Both the position numbers and the translations under genes were made by a program. From Alloascoidea hylecoeti (taxonomy: Eukaryota), in NCBI GenBank assembly GCA_001600815.1, contig BCKZ01000015.1:434001-498000 (forward strand): DNA of 64,000 nucleotides, in the 5' to 3' direction. Below are positions 45,562 to 58,230 of this stretch, piece by piece (positions within the stretch are counted from its first letter, which is position 1; every line of letters starts with the position of its first letter). The notes beneath the pieces were generated by a model. The model had not been told where the DNA came from. It did not search any database and worked only from the letters and a program-made list of their open reading frames with translations.

Positions 45562-47385
45562 CTATGTTGCTTTGACTTTTCCAAATTTATTCGTTATTCT
45601 AGCACGAAATACTTGAAATCGATTTTTAAAGCTTAGGCTTTTTTCCTTGTTGTAAAATTCAGCTTCGTCATAAGTCACCAATCTCTTAATCAATAAATTA
45701 AATACAGTTCCAAATACCAATGCCATTACAGTTGATGTTAGAATGATGACATTATATGGCATACTAAAATCTGGCGTAGGTAATGTTAAGAGCAATGATG
45801 TAGTTCGTGTTGAGTAAGGGTCATCGCCGATTGTGGTAACTACTGCCGGGTCAATATCGAAACCTCGATTGGCATCTGGAGGATATTCAGAATATAAAAT
45901 TAATACCTTATCAAAATCGTAGTTAGTGGTTACAGTTCCACCTGGTGGAATGGTGATACGCAGCTCTAATTGAGATGGTCGTTGTCTATCAACAGCTGGT
46001 TTGTAATATGTCGAATGTATAACATCTTTTGTATCTTCCATCCTAACGCCATTAACTTCCAACTGTATATTTAATGTGTGTAAATAAACCCGCATGTACC
46101 ATGGTAATGTTTCATAATAGACCAGTTCGAGTTCTTTATCTGGAGAGGTGTTCTTAAAAACTGTTCGAAGACCACCTTTATCTTGACCATATCCAGTGAA
46201 TGATCTAGTTACTAGAACAGGTGGCGTTTCCAGTGATGGGATAATATTACTATTTTCGGTTTGAAATCGAAAATTATATTCTTCACCAGATGAAATATCA
46301 AAGCATTCGTCTAAAATTGAGAATGTGTGTAGATATTCACCTTTAGAAAATATCTGAACGATTTCTCCCCAGTTGTCAGTTTTAGTCGCACATACTTGGC
46401 CTGGTTTTGAAGAAATAGGGCAGGAGCCTTTTATATTTTTTCCGAAAAGAGAAGTCAAATTCCAATTCACACTTATAGGTTCAGGTAGTGGGAAACACTG
46501 ATAAATGGAGTAAGGTTTTGTCATATCGCACCTTAATTCATCGCCTGTAACGGGTTTGGGAACTGGAACTTCTAAGCGTCGCAAGGTTCTTGGGATATTA
46601 ATAACGGCATCGATATTTTGATTCATATCTAGACGGCAAGTGGTATTATTACAAACAGTCTCCACATCAATTGACATACTATGCCATTGAGCATCATAAA
46701 TTTTATGGCCATCTAAAATAGAAGCAATACCAGCATTTCCTCTGCACGGCAATAACTTGAGGAAAGGAGTAAGATTCTCTGTACACACTGTTTCCCTTGG
46801 CAAAACACCTCTCATCAAATACAAGTTCGATGTGGCATATTTCCCATAATTGCCTTCAGATTGGAATACTCTTCTAGGATATGTTGTATGAGAGCTATCA
46901 ATAAAGTTGAGAGAAGCACAAAATAAACCAGAGAGAGAGTTAACGAGGGACTTCCATTGCTGTTCCGCTTCGTCCTTTGTTGAAGATTCTATCCAAGCAT
47001 AAAGTTCAACCCCATTTCCACCTGCTCGAGACCCATTTCGAGGAAGTGATCCCCACTCTTCGGCATCCCACCAGCCGTTCGAGAACTTCAAATGAAGTTC
47101 CCGGGTTCTAGTGAACTCGAGAATTGGGCCTAACGATCTCGGGAAAACAGTATAGTGAGAGTAGTGGTCCACATCCTGGGAAGTGTGCAGAGCCCTAAAC
47201 TTTTCAATTGGGGTTTCAATTGATGACAGTTCAAAGTTGAAAGAGGTTAATAACAAGTTCCTAGGGAGAGGTCTCAGTTGTAAATATTCTTTGTATGGAT
47301 ATCCTCCGACATCATTTCCAAGCCCACTGCAAAAATGGATAAGAACTATAAATATTATAAAATATCGACCCAGTCCCAAAATCAT
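45562..47385 (-). CDS. GPI16: GPI transamidase subunit Gpi16/PIG-T
   Basis: Signal peptide, LSGLFCASLNFID, ETVCTENLTPFLKLLPC, EYPPDANRGF, LPTPDFSMPYNVII. Confidence 0.95.
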   Translation of the reverse strand: MILGLGRYFIIFIVLIHFCSGLGNDVGGYPYKEYLQLRPLPRNLLLTSFNFELSSIETPIEKFRALHTSQDVDHYSHYTVFPRSLGPILEFTRTRELHLKFSNGWWDAEEWGSLPRNGSRAGGNGVELYAWIESSTKDEAEQQWKSLVNSLSGLFCASLNFIDSSHTTYPRRVFQSEGNYGKYATSNLYLMRGVLPRETVCTENLTPFLKLLPCRGNAGIASILDGHKIYDAQWHSMSIDVETVCNNTTCRLDMNQNIDAVINIPRTLRRLEVPVPKPVTGDELRCDMTKPYSIYQCFPLPEPISVNWNLTSLFGKNIKGSCPISSKPGQVCATKTDNWGEIVQIFSKGEYLHTFSILDECFDISSGEEYNFRFQTENSNIIPSLETPPVLVTRSFTGYGQDKGGLRTVFKNTSPDKELELVYYETLPWYMRVYLHTLNIQLEVNGVRMEDTKDVIHSTYYKPAVDRQRPSQLELRITIPPGGTVTTNYDFDKVLILYSEYPPDANRGFDIDPAVVTTIGDDPYSTRTTSLLLTLPTPDFSMPYNVIILTSTVMALVFGTVFNLLIKRLVTYDEAEFYNKEKSLSFKNRFQVFRARITNKFGKVKAT

Positions 47386-47459
47386 GGTCTAAAAGGTTGC
47401 TTAACTCTGTTTGGTGATGGTTTACTAATCGCTGGCGAGAAGTACAAAGAGGTCGGGTA

Positions 47460-47505
47460 ACTCAGTACGTATTAATATCATAGAGGTCACAGGTTCGATC
47501 CCCAA
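47460..47505 (+). pseudogene. tRNA-like remnant (B-box / T-arm)
   Basis: GAGGTCACAGGTTCGATCCC matches the tRNA variable loop/T-loop consensus, but no complete cloverleaf could be folded. Confidence 0.25.
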
Positions 47506-49943
47506 CACCGGTTAAATGATTAAAATGATTTTTCTTGTTTTAAGAGTTTAATAGTACGTTTATATCACAGTTATCATCAGGTCTTGAAATGAAACGGTTC
47601 TGGATGTATTTCCTCTTTAGTGACTCAATTCAATTAAGATATATAGAGTAAAGGAACTGTCGGGGCCATCGAGGGGAGAAATGAAGCAGAATAAGTGTCT
47701 ACGAACTTTGTGATAGGCCTTCTGGAGTAGCAAGAAGGACGGTGATGATCACTATCTTGCGGGATAAACGAAATCTTGTATTGGTCTTGAAACGGGGTAT
47801 AACCGTCAAGTTGACATTCAGTGGTTTTCTTCAAAGGATCATAAGTGCATTTTCTATGGTTCTTGTCGAAATTTTTACTATTTGGATCATGGTATTGAAA
47901 ATTTCCAGTTCTCAATTAGTACTGTGTCAGTACTGATTGAGTAAAACTTACCTTATATGTGTACTTGTCAAGCTGAGTTTGCCATTGTGTCATAATCGAT
48001 ATCTTTGACAAACCAGGTTCCGTTGAACATTGCATCTACGTCAATATTTTCTCCTTCATCATATTCAATAAATTACCCGAAATTGTATTTAGTAGTATCA
48101 GATGAGGGGAAATCATTTCTTCAAATATACAAATGCAAACGATCATGATAGATCAGTTGGTAGTGGTGCAAAAATTAGTTTTCAATCAGAATATGACGAA
48201 CCATCACAAATTCAGGACAACGTAGAATCAAGGATTAATTATTCTATGAATGATCCTCAGGTTCTTAATGAGAATGAAGACCTTACACTAATATCAAGAT
48301 CATTATGGTACTTTTTTTTCAAATGAGTCCTGGCAAATATTGATTTTGTTATTTTAATGTCAGTATATATAATACTGTAGATATATCTTTGGTTGGGTAG
48401 AGCTACTTAATTATGGTAAATACATATCTGTAAAGGAACTTTTGATTTCCATTTAGAAATTTTATATGTAAACCGCAGCTCCTGTTGTTTTATATTGTAA
48501 GCTTCCTGGTAAATTACAAATTTTAAAGTTCTCCCTGAAAATAAGTATAGAATTGAAATTATCAGAACGACTACAATTAAATGATTTTGAACTATCAAAC
48601 TATTCAAGTTGGTATATTCCCTCTACTTTAATATTACAAAGATTATACGCTATCAAATACACTCAATCGGCAAATAAGGGCAAAATAATCCACAAAGAGA
48701 GAAGTTATAATAAAGGGTACAGTGAGATTATCTGTGGATATTTAAGCTTCATGGATTAACATAATTTCGGATAGAGATATTTGATCTCTAGGTGTTTACT
48801 GGCGGATTTTGCATGAATTATGGGATATTATTTAGGCTTTTATACAATGAATCACCTAGCTAGACACCGATGGTTAGACTGAACCAACTGATAAGATCTT
48901 GTTTCAGAAGACAGGCACAAGGATTATTTAAGCATGTTAGAATTCTCGTACAATAATAGCTATCAGAGAAATATCAATTGTTCTCCAGTTTCTTCACGGG
49001 GGAGGAGGAGGATACTAACCGTCACGTCCACTGCCACTTGTATTCATAATTACTCTTCATCTGTTATTTATTAAGAAATTCTAGAGTGAAGATTTTGTTC
49101 AATTTCCGACTCTTTATATTTGGTATTAATGTCCCGATTAAGTGAGAAAATATACCACATCTTGTTGAAATCCAAACTCTATCACAACTATTTTTTTTAT
49201 TTCTAAGTGTGAACATTTTAATTTCCAACATACATGTCCTAATTATATAAGAAAAAGGAGCATTTTGTTTAAAATACCACACTAATCTGAACTATGTCCT
49301 AATTGAGGATAGTGAACATTTGTTAATTTCAAAATTCTATTTGGGTATTTCAGAGATGCACTTTTTGGCATGTCATTATTTCTGTGAAATGAACACAGCT
49401 AGCGCTCTTTTAATTACGATTCTTAATATTCTTTTAAAATTTAGTAATAGTAATTCAATTAACCACCAGGGGAAGGTTTCAACCTCATTATCATTAACCC
49501 ATACATTCCATTACACGGTATTATGTTTGCTGAAAATACACATTTGTAAAACTGGCTATCGAAGTGCCGATAGCGATAAACCATATAGAGCTTAAGGTAT
49601 ACCAGTAAGCTTATAACTTATTTCTGGAGCTGAAGCAACTTAGTCGTGAGCCCCAAAAAAGATAAGATTCAAATTAGAATTAGAATGGAAATTAAACATG
49701 AAATTAACCATGAAATTAAAAAAGGAAATTATACATTTAAATTATGTTTTTTGGAGTAAAGCCCACCCCACATTAATAGAATATATCGGAAAGGTAAACA
49801 ATCGTATGAAAATGATGTCCAAGAGGATGAGTAAAATATTAGAAGAACAAATTAAAAAATCTTCAAACTAGAAAGTATATTCATGGTAATATAATTACAA
49901 TTTATCAATATATAATGTAGCATTAAAAGAAATATTTAAAGTT

Positions 49944-52900
49944 CTAAAGTTTAATTCTTGATGAAGGATCAAAATCTGGAGGTGCTTTATAAAAATCAAT
50001 TTTTCCTTTGTTATCAATAATACATGATTCACAAGAAATCTCAACACCTTTAAATTTTGACTTTATTCTTCTAATTTCTCTATCTGCTATTCCCAAGTCA
50101 TCTCTAGGTATCCAGGCAATTGGCATCTTTTCCCTAATTGCATAATGATGAAATAAAACATCAATTAACTGCTCTCTTATATCAAGTGGTAAATCCTCAT
50201 AATCTGTTTGAAATCCCTCGTATAAAGCAGAATATTTAAGTGCTTCTTTATTCCCTCCTTCTTCAGCATTTTTTTCGTCCCCTGTATAAACAAAGTGAGT
50301 GAACTTTTTCATTGCTCTTATTGGAACAGAAACAAGGTTGCTTTTATGTTGTTGAAGAGCTAAAATTTTCAAATTTTCATCATCAATACTATCAGTCTCG
50401 GTAGATTTTGTTTGACGACGATGAATTACTGTAAGCGGCGCTTGATCTGAGTTAATTATAACACTGCTAGAAGGATTTGATGAAATTGAATCAGTTCGTT
50501 GAATATCTAAACTTAAATTTAAACCCATACTAGTTGATCTTTTCGACATCTTGTTACGAATTCCATCTTCTTCTTCTTCTTCAATAATAGAGCCAAAACC
50601 AAGTTCATTATTCTTGCCGCTAATTGGAGATGCAATATTACTATCAAATGGATCATTAGAGGTGCTTTCACCGTCGATGACCTGTGATTCTTTTGTTGAC
50701 CAATAAGTGCTTTCTTTGCGTATTGATTCCTTTTCTTTACTAAATGGCAAATAAACAAATAATGGATGGTATCGTACCCTGAAATGATAATGAACAATAA
50801 TTGTGATAGCTGATAAAACCAACATTATAATTGCATGAGGATAGCAAACAACCTCATCCTTTTCATTCCGTACTAATAAAAACAATCCAATTAGTACAAT
50901 TTCAAGAAAATATATACCTGTGTATAATTGAAATAAAGCCCTTGGATATAATCGACCCCATGTTTCTGATTGAGTAATACTGCAATACCGAATATTATAT
51001 TTATGAGATATAAAAAAAAATGCAAATGCAATAACACAAAATATCAATATTAAAGGAGAAATAATGGAGTAAATTATACCTATGCATGCTAGGACTGTGA
51101 AGGAAGCATAATCTGATCCCCAATTTATAGTGGAAAGTGTTGATAAAGTGTTGTATTTAGCCCGTGGGGTATGATGAAGCTTATGAAATAAAAGCAGATT
51201 TAAAAGCCGAATGATTTGCATTAATGAATTACCAGATAGTAGTAATCCTTTAATAGTGATAAATGAAAAGAAAAAATTACCAGCTTTTGGTAAATTTTTA
51301 GCTAGCATTGCAGGAATTGACGTTGGGGTATTAATTAAGTCTTGAATGACTGTTGTGAGTCCTGAAGAAATTGTAATAACTAAAAACATTTGAACAAAAT
51401 AAAAAGCGAATAGATAGGCTTGTGAATCATATTCAACTTCTGCACCAGTTTCAAGACCTTTTAAACGAGAGAACCATCTGAAAATAATAGGAACAAGCGC
51501 CATTAAACCAAATAAAGCCAGAGATGGCAATAAACCGGAAATAACACCTTGTACTACTGACGGTGTATCGTTCAACCACGATAAGAATGGGGCTATTTCA
51601 GTAAGGTAGTCCAATTGAGATACGAGACCAACAAAAGTAACGGGGACAGCCCATATAAAAATTAATCCGATCGTTAAAACTGTGACTATTATCCTTCGTA
51701 TAAGTTCTTCCCACCAAAAAATTCTTGTATTCATCCATACAATATCATTTGGATTGACTTCGATGATTTTTCGGGACATGTGTTGCGCCTCTTCGTAGGT
51801 TAAAGATTGACAAACAATATGAGCTGACATTTGATTATTAAACTGAACAAAACATGAATTTTGGTAATTAAATTCATTGTTATTTGAAGATAATTTTTGG
51901 ATTTCTAACGTCGTTTTTTGAATGATTTCTGATGCCCAATCGATTGTATCGACTTTCTCTCCTATAAAAGGTAAACGAAACTTGAACTTTCCTAGTTTGA
52001 TTGGGTTTCTTCTTGTTGGACGTAATTCCGAATACTCGCGTATTTCGACACCATAAGGACTATCTAGAGATTCAGATTGCTTGTCTGACTTTGACTTTGA
52101 CTTTGATCTTTTCAATACTTTTGCTTGTTGTTTTAAACATTTTTTAATAAAAGTTAATTCAGCGGTTTCTAAAGCACTAACAGCATCCTTCCGTTTATCT
52201 ACAAATGAACATAATTCTTTATAATCCATATTAAACCAGACATTTTTTACACCACCAGGAAATCCATTAAATAAATCAGTTATTGTCTTTTCATTCCTAT
52301 ATTCTTCTGGAATGTCTTTCACAAGGATTGTTGTTGCAGAAGCTCTAAAACGATGTTGGGGAGACATTAGCTCCTCCTGGCGGATTTTAACGTAAGATTT
52401 AAGTTCACGCCATAATATTATGTGGAATACAATGACGGCCACAATGGCGAGTACTAAATGTGCTGAGTATCTTTGTGTTTTAACAACAGAAATGTTAGAC
52501 CATGATAAGACGTCCAACCCTTTAACGCCATCTGTGACTGTTCCATTTGTGCTTGATGAATAATTGGTACTTGCACCTGTAGCATTTATTGGAATGAGAA
52601 TTGGCATTACAATAACAGCGAGAACGGAAAAGAGCACCAAGAGGACATATAGATAACGGAGGAAGAAGTAGGCATCAAGACCTGCTGTTTTCTTGAAGTC
52701 GTTTAAAGGGATGGTGAACATTGGTTTCAGCCAATCGAAAAGACCGACTGATGGAGCTGGAACCTGCTCTTTCTTTGGGACCAGAAAACTTTTAGGCTCA
52801 TAAATTCGAATGATTCTTTTTCGTAGTATGATAAAAATCACAATTTGGAAACAAAAAAACACACATGAAACCACCAAGGAAGAGAAAAATGTTTGTACTG

Positions 52901-53027
52901 TTGCTCCGCTAAGGGATTGTGCAGAGCCTGACCTTTCGCCGGTGAGATAACCGATATCAAAGAGATTTGAGAGCGATGAAGAAGAAGTTGAGCTACTGGC
53001 AGAAGAGGTTGAAGTTGAAGATGCCAT
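49944..53027 (-). CDS. OSCA/TMEM63 (Csc1/Phm7/Rsn1-family) Ca2+-permeable channel
   Basis: IYEPK, GLDAYFFLRYL, PILIPINA, DTIDW, FVQFNNQ, PNDIVW, LAKNLPKAGNFF, YSIISPLI, GRLYPRALFQ, WIPRDDLG. Confidence 0.93.
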   Translation of the reverse strand: MASSTSTSSASSSTSSSSLSNLFDIGYLTGERSGSAQSLSGATVQTFFSSLVVSCVFFCFQIVIFIILRKRIIRIYEPKSFLVPKKEQVPAPSVGLFDWLKPMFTIPLNDFKKTAGLDAYFFLRYLYVLLVLFSVLAVIVMPILIPINATGASTNYSSSTNGTVTDGVKGLDVLSWSNISVVKTQRYSAHLVLAIVAVIVFHIILWRELKSYVKIRQEELMSPQHRFRASATTILVKDIPEEYRNEKTITDLFNGFPGGVKNVWFNMDYKELCSFVDKRKDAVSALETAELTFIKKCLKQQAKVLKRSKSKSKSDKQSESLDSPYGVEIREYSELRPTRRNPIKLGKFKFRLPFIGEKVDTIDWASEIIQKTTLEIQKLSSNNNEFNYQNSCFVQFNNQMSAHIVCQSLTYEEAQHMSRKIIEVNPNDIVWMNTRIFWWEELIRRIIVTVLTIGLIFIWAVPVTFVGLVSQLDYLTEIAPFLSWLNDTPSVVQGVISGLLPSLALFGLMALVPIIFRWFSRLKGLETGAEVEYDSQAYLFAFYFVQMFLVITISSGLTTVIQDLINTPTSIPAMLAKNLPKAGNFFFSFITIKGLLLSGNSLMQIIRLLNLLLFHKLHHTPRAKYNTLSTLSTINWGSDYASFTVLACIGIIYSIISPLILIFCVIAFAFFFISHKYNIRYCSITQSETWGRLYPRALFQLYTGIYFLEIVLIGLFLLVRNEKDEVVCYPHAIIMLVLSAITIIVHYHFRVRYHPLFVYLPFSKEKESIRKESTYWSTKESQVIDGESTSNDPFDSNIASPISGKNNELGFGSIIEEEEEDGIRNKMSKRSTSMGLNLSLDIQRTDSISSNPSSSVIINSDQAPLTVIHRRQTKSTETDSIDDENLKILALQQHKSNLVSVPIRAMKKFTHFVYTGDEKNAEEGGNKEALKYSALYEGFQTDYEDLPLDIREQLIDVLFHHYAIREKMPIAWIPRDDLGIADREIRRIKSKFKGVEISCESCIIDNKGKIDFYKAPPDFDPSSRIKL

Positions 53028-53241
53028 ATAACTAAATCATAAAAGATAAAGGGCGTTGCGAAGGTTTATATTTATAGAGAAATGTAAAACTGTTAGTGTG
53101 GAATATTTAGACATTTTGATGACCTTGCATGACGTATGATTCCTTTGCATCATGAGTGTTATTAAATTATATAAACCTTATCAAAAAAAAAGTATACCTG
53201 ATAAATAAGACTACTTTCTATAGCTATAGTAAAAAAAACTC

Positions 53242-55509
53242 TCATTGTTTCAAACTACTCAATTTAAAAACAAAAGACAACAATGTAGATAAAGCAAGCG
53301 CAATACAAATAAAAGTTGGTCCAATTTTATCATCATATCGAACGGCTCTTTTATTTCGAATAGCAATGACTCTCCAAATATATAGCCCGGTTGAATATAA
53401 AATTGTAATAACGGCTGTGAAGAAAAATCCCACAGCTGCTGCCAAAGCGGCTGCATCTCCATAATTTAGTAACGCAATGGAAGTACCACCGATTAACAGG
53501 GCAATTGATAACCATGATAGGAACGTACGTTCAGTTGCAAAATATACTTTGGGTTCAACACGAATAGGAACACATATTTTCTTACCAGGTGGTGCTCTAA
53601 ATCTGGATTCATAAACAATATTGGCTCCACCGAATGTTCTGTTATCAGCAACAAAATGTCTAACAGCTGACCAAATCTTATGACTTTTATTAGCGACTTG
53701 TGAGAGGCCCTTAGAGACAGTGGTTGAAATGACATTTCCTTGGCGTCGAGAAGGTGAACCGTTGAGTAGAGGAGCGCTAGCAGATGAAGAAAGATAAGTG
53801 CCATCAATTTCTTCTGGTTCGTAGTTATCATCATCAGAGAATCTAACCGCTTTTCTATTATCGTTCCCACCATTAGGTAAGTCTTCTAATACTTCTTCTT
53901 CATCTAACTCATTAATAGATTCACTTTGAGTTGAGCCATGATCTGGTCTTTCTATACCATAATTTTGATCTGCAGGTTTTCTAATATCGGTATCCATCTG
54001 AGGTAACCAGAAGGGTATTAAATTGGCTTTATCGGGCAATAAAGCAGCAGTTCCATGAATGAATTTTGAAAATTTTGGAACAGCTTCAACTAAATGAGAT
54101 CCTACCAAATCACGAACCCATTGTGGAGGTTCCTGTCCCAATTGTGTTTGTAACTTAACTTCCAAAACAGCATATGGGAAACGGCAAATATCTTTATCAG
54201 GTAATTGAGTAAATGGCCAATCAACTCCAATATCCATTCTACGCCAGTTTTTATTAGTTCTATCCTTACCATCAAAATTGTCTTCTCTAGTCATTGTTAA
54301 CTCTGTATCCAATGAAATACGGACACGAGCATCACCAGGTAATTGAAAAGCGGTTCTATTATAAAAAGAACGAGTAACAGGATGTAATTTTCTAGTAATC
54401 ACAGAATATTGAACCTCTCGAGCCAAAGCTTCTAAAGATTCAATTTCTTTTATAGATTTCTTTTTATCTTTTCTCATTTTATCAAATGCTTGATCAACAG
54501 TAAATTTTCCTTCCATAAAAGCATTAACATGTTTTTCTTTTAAAACAAATCTTGCTTTAACTGATTTTTCACCGGTCCAATCTTCACGATGAGTTTTCCT
54601 TTCAACAAAGATTTGATCAGAACCCATTCCACCATACCATCTTAATCTGATTGCTTCAGCACCTTCATCTTTTCTAAGACGTCCAAGATACAATTCTAAA
54701 TCTTTATTATCATAATAAATTGAAGTAATTGCAGAATCTTCTTTTTCAAATTCTTTATTTGAATTAAAAACAAGAACAGGTAAATGTTTTAAAATAATTA
54801 ATTTTAATTCTGTTATATTATCAGGATGAACCCAATATTTTGTTGTTTGACGAACAAAATTTTGTTGACCACCACCAGCAGATGAATCACCTTTAACAGG
54901 ATTACCTCTAGTTCTAACTAAATCATATAATTTTGATAATTTAACAATTAATATGTCATAATTATCTTTAAAAAAAGGTTTTGCATTTAATCTAACAGAA
55001 AAAATGGGTTTTAGAATCCAACCGGTTTGTTTATCATGTTTTTTAATAATTTTTTGAAACCCAGTATAATTTAAACGAGAAAATTTAGCCATATCATGAA
55101 CATTTGCAATAATATCAGATAATTCTTCTTCCAAAAATTCAAAATCTGCGTCATCTGGTGGAGAACTTGAACCAATTGATTCTACTACTTCATCAACTTC
55201 TCTTTCAGAATCTTTAATTCTTCGGGTAATTTCACCAATTTTCACTTTTTGAAAAGTATAGACTTTATCTAATTCGGCTTCTAGTGAGGCAACAAAAGTT
55301 TCTTCCAATTCATCGGTCCATTTTGAATTTTGTGCCAATCCAGCTTTTAACTCATTCTTAAGGTCATCGTACGAGATATAGTAGTAATAGTAGTCTCTAA
55401 AATTAAGTTAGTTTCCATTTTCAACAGTTGAAGGTTCAGCACTTTTCAAATCCTCGATCAACCAAACTTACCGAATAAGAGATGTTTTCAACTGTTGTCC
55501 GAACTTCAT
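53242..55509 (-). CDS. VTC4: Vacuolar polyphosphate polymerase Vtc4. Exons 55509-55472 and 55396-53242
   Basis: SPX start [26 protein letters not shown] via a GTAAGT..ACTAAC..TAG intron; [46 protein letters not shown]. Confidence 0.96.
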
Positions 55510-55625
55510 GGTTGAAGAGATTGAGTTTCCTGAAGTTGGAGATTTAAATTTAAATTTAAGCCTTTCAATAAACACATGGGCTTCAAACATCCAATGACCT
55601 CAAGACAAAGATCAACCATGAAATG

Positions 55626-55633
55626 CCGGGTAA
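55626..55633. promoter_or_regulatory. Reb1-like site in the 177-bp VTC4/RPC17 bidirectional promoter
   Basis: CCGGGTAA exact match between the divergent ATGs. Confidence 0.5.
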
Positions 55634-55686
55634 ATCGACATTTTTATATTGGCAAAAAAATAAATAAGTGAATTTGAATAGAAAAA

Positions 55687-56242
55687 ATGAAGGTATAAAA
55701 CAATTCATATCCATTTATTTTTTAGTAACTTGGTTTAACAAAATATATAATAGGTCGAAGTTATTAGAGAAAATGATTTATCAAATTTTGAAGTCCTTGA
55801 AGAATTAAAGACGATACATGGAGATAGAGAACAGAGGAAAGGATCCGGAATTGTAGCAGCAAAAGGCTTCATCACAATAACTGAAGATGTATGTTATTAA
55901 ATCTTTATATCTAATAATATTTACTAACTTTAGTTTTTATTATGATAGCTACGGCAGTATTTAGAAAAAACACCTGCTGAATCTCAAACCACCGAAAATA
56001 TAGAAGAATTTATGAAACAACTAAATCATTATAAATTGGAGAAGGTTGAAAAATTACAAATTTTAAACAATACACCTCATTCAGCTGTTCATTTATATGG
56101 AATTGTTGAAGAATGTGATCAAAGATTTTCAGAAGATGAAATAGAAGCTATTTTAAAGTTGGTAGAAACGTATTTCCCAGCTCCAGAAGTTGAAGGAGAA
56201 GAAGAAGAATGGGATGAAGAAATGGAAGAAGCTGATATTTAA
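55687..56242 (+). CDS. RPC17: RNA polymerase III subunit C17. Exons 55687-55692, 55754-55888, 55949-56242
   Basis: MK|VEVIRENDLSNFEVL...LEKVEKLQILNNTPHSAVHLYGIVEECDQRF. Two GT-AG introns, the second with TACTAAC. Confidence 0.88.
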
Positions 56243-56388
56243 TAATTGAACTTTTATTTTTTATAACTTTTGTGCACTGTGTAATTTAAGATTTATGATA
56301 TTTGGACGTATGGGTGTACTTCATTCGACAACAGATACGGTAAGATGTAAACAATATATTTAACTTCATAATCAACTACATATTAAAA

Positions 56389-57886
56389 ATGGATCCAAAT
56401 ATCGTTTCATTTGATGATATAGAACTACACAAAGAAAACATTGAACCTATACGAGAAGGAAGATCTGCAAAAGCATTAGTTAATGCATTTTCATCTGAAC
56501 CATTTGAGTTAAAAGACACCCAGTTAAAAGAACGACAGTTTTTTGAACAACAATTATTAGAAGCAGAAGAATTAGATGATCCATTACAACCATATTTGGA
56601 TTATTTAGATTGGATCATTAAAACTTATCCACAAGGACAAAGTGTTGAAAGTGGTTTAGTTTCATTATTAGAAAAATGTACTTCAGTTTTTAAAGATTTT
56701 GAATTTTATAAAAATGATCCAAGATATTTAAAAGTTTGGATATGGTATATAAAATATATTGATTCACCAAGAGATTATTTTCAGTATTTATCAAGAAAAA
56801 AAATTGGTTTAAATTTAGCAACTTATTATGAAGAATTTGCAAAATATTTAGAAGCAAATAATCGAAAATTACAAGCTGATGAAATTTATCAAACAGGTTT
56901 ATCAAATAAAGCAAGACCAATTGAAAGATTACAAAAAAGATATGATGAATTTTTAAAAAGAGTGGAATTAAATCCACCTGAAACAAATGAACCTAATTCA
57001 CCGGCAATACCACCAGTTCGAAGTGCATTGGCTGTTAAAGAAATATCTCTTGATCGTAGTAGTAGTAGTGAACCAGATATAACAATCACAATTCCAAAAT
57101 CAAATAAACCAAAGATGAAGTTGGCTGTTTTTGAAGATCCTGATGGTATAGAAGATGGTGCTAAAGCAACAAATTCTGGTGGTTGGGATACAATAGGTAG
57201 TATTGCTTCAAGAAGGAAAGAAAATGTCGTTGAAGCTAAATCTTGGGTTGGTGAAACATTACCAATGAAAGGTAAAATCAATAAAACTCATGAAAAGATA
57301 TCTATATTTAGAGATGAGGTATGTTTTTATTTCAAAAAATTTAATTTAAACGAAGTTCTAACAGAATATTATATATAGAACTCTTCATCTGATATTTTTA
57401 AAGATACAGAACATATTTATAAAACTATTTTACATCCAGGTAAAAAAACAGAACGAATTGATTTAAATATTGATCTATTATATCCAAATGATGAATTAGA
57501 ATTTTGTTTAAATGAAATTTTAGCAAAAACAAAAAAAATATCAATTAATGATTTTAAATCAAAAACCACAATAACTTACTCTTCATTGGGTGAAGTTACA
57601 ACAACTCAAACTGTTCCTTTAAATGGTATGTATGTTATTAATTCATGATGAATAATAATTACTAATAAATTTTATTATTTATTTAGGCCTAGGTGAGAAT
57701 TTTCAAAATTTCAATACGTCATCTACACCAGATCCAACAATAACCGCTTGTACAAAAGCAGCAACAGATGAAGTTTTATCAATGTTTAGTCAACCTTTAA
57801 CAAAAGAAGATGTATTTGATGGGCCTGAACATACAGGAAATACAGGCAAATTTAATTTAGAAGAAGGTGATTTTGAAGAAGAATAG
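56389..57886 (+). CDS. MAD3: Kinase-less Mad3/BubR1-type spindle checkpoint protein. Exons 56389-57318, 57379-57625, 57687-57886 (458 aa)
   Basis: KENIEP KEN box, TPR (DDPL, YKNDPRYLKVW), ABBA-KEN-ABBA (LAVFED..RRKEN..ISIFRD), GLEBS-like LLYPNDELEFCLNEILA. Stop at 57886. Confidence 0.85.
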
Positions 57887-58230
57887 TTTATTTAAATGCT
57901 TATGATAATAATGATCTTCTAAGAATATTAATGATTATTGATTTGCTTGAAACTTCTTTCAATTTAAATTCCTATTCTATCACTACCTACTATAGTCTAC
58001 TATTTTATAATAATGTTTGATATCGATTCGATATAGATATTTGAAAATTATAATAATTCCCCATGATATTTGTGTATATCCGTTTACATGTATCATGCAT
58101 ATATAATACAGAGTTATAATTCGGATTAATTTTTTATGATTTACAATTGATTGATGATTATATGACAATATTCAAATTACACGTAAATTTATATTATAAA
58201 TAAAAATTATGATATGATCATAAGTTGTAA

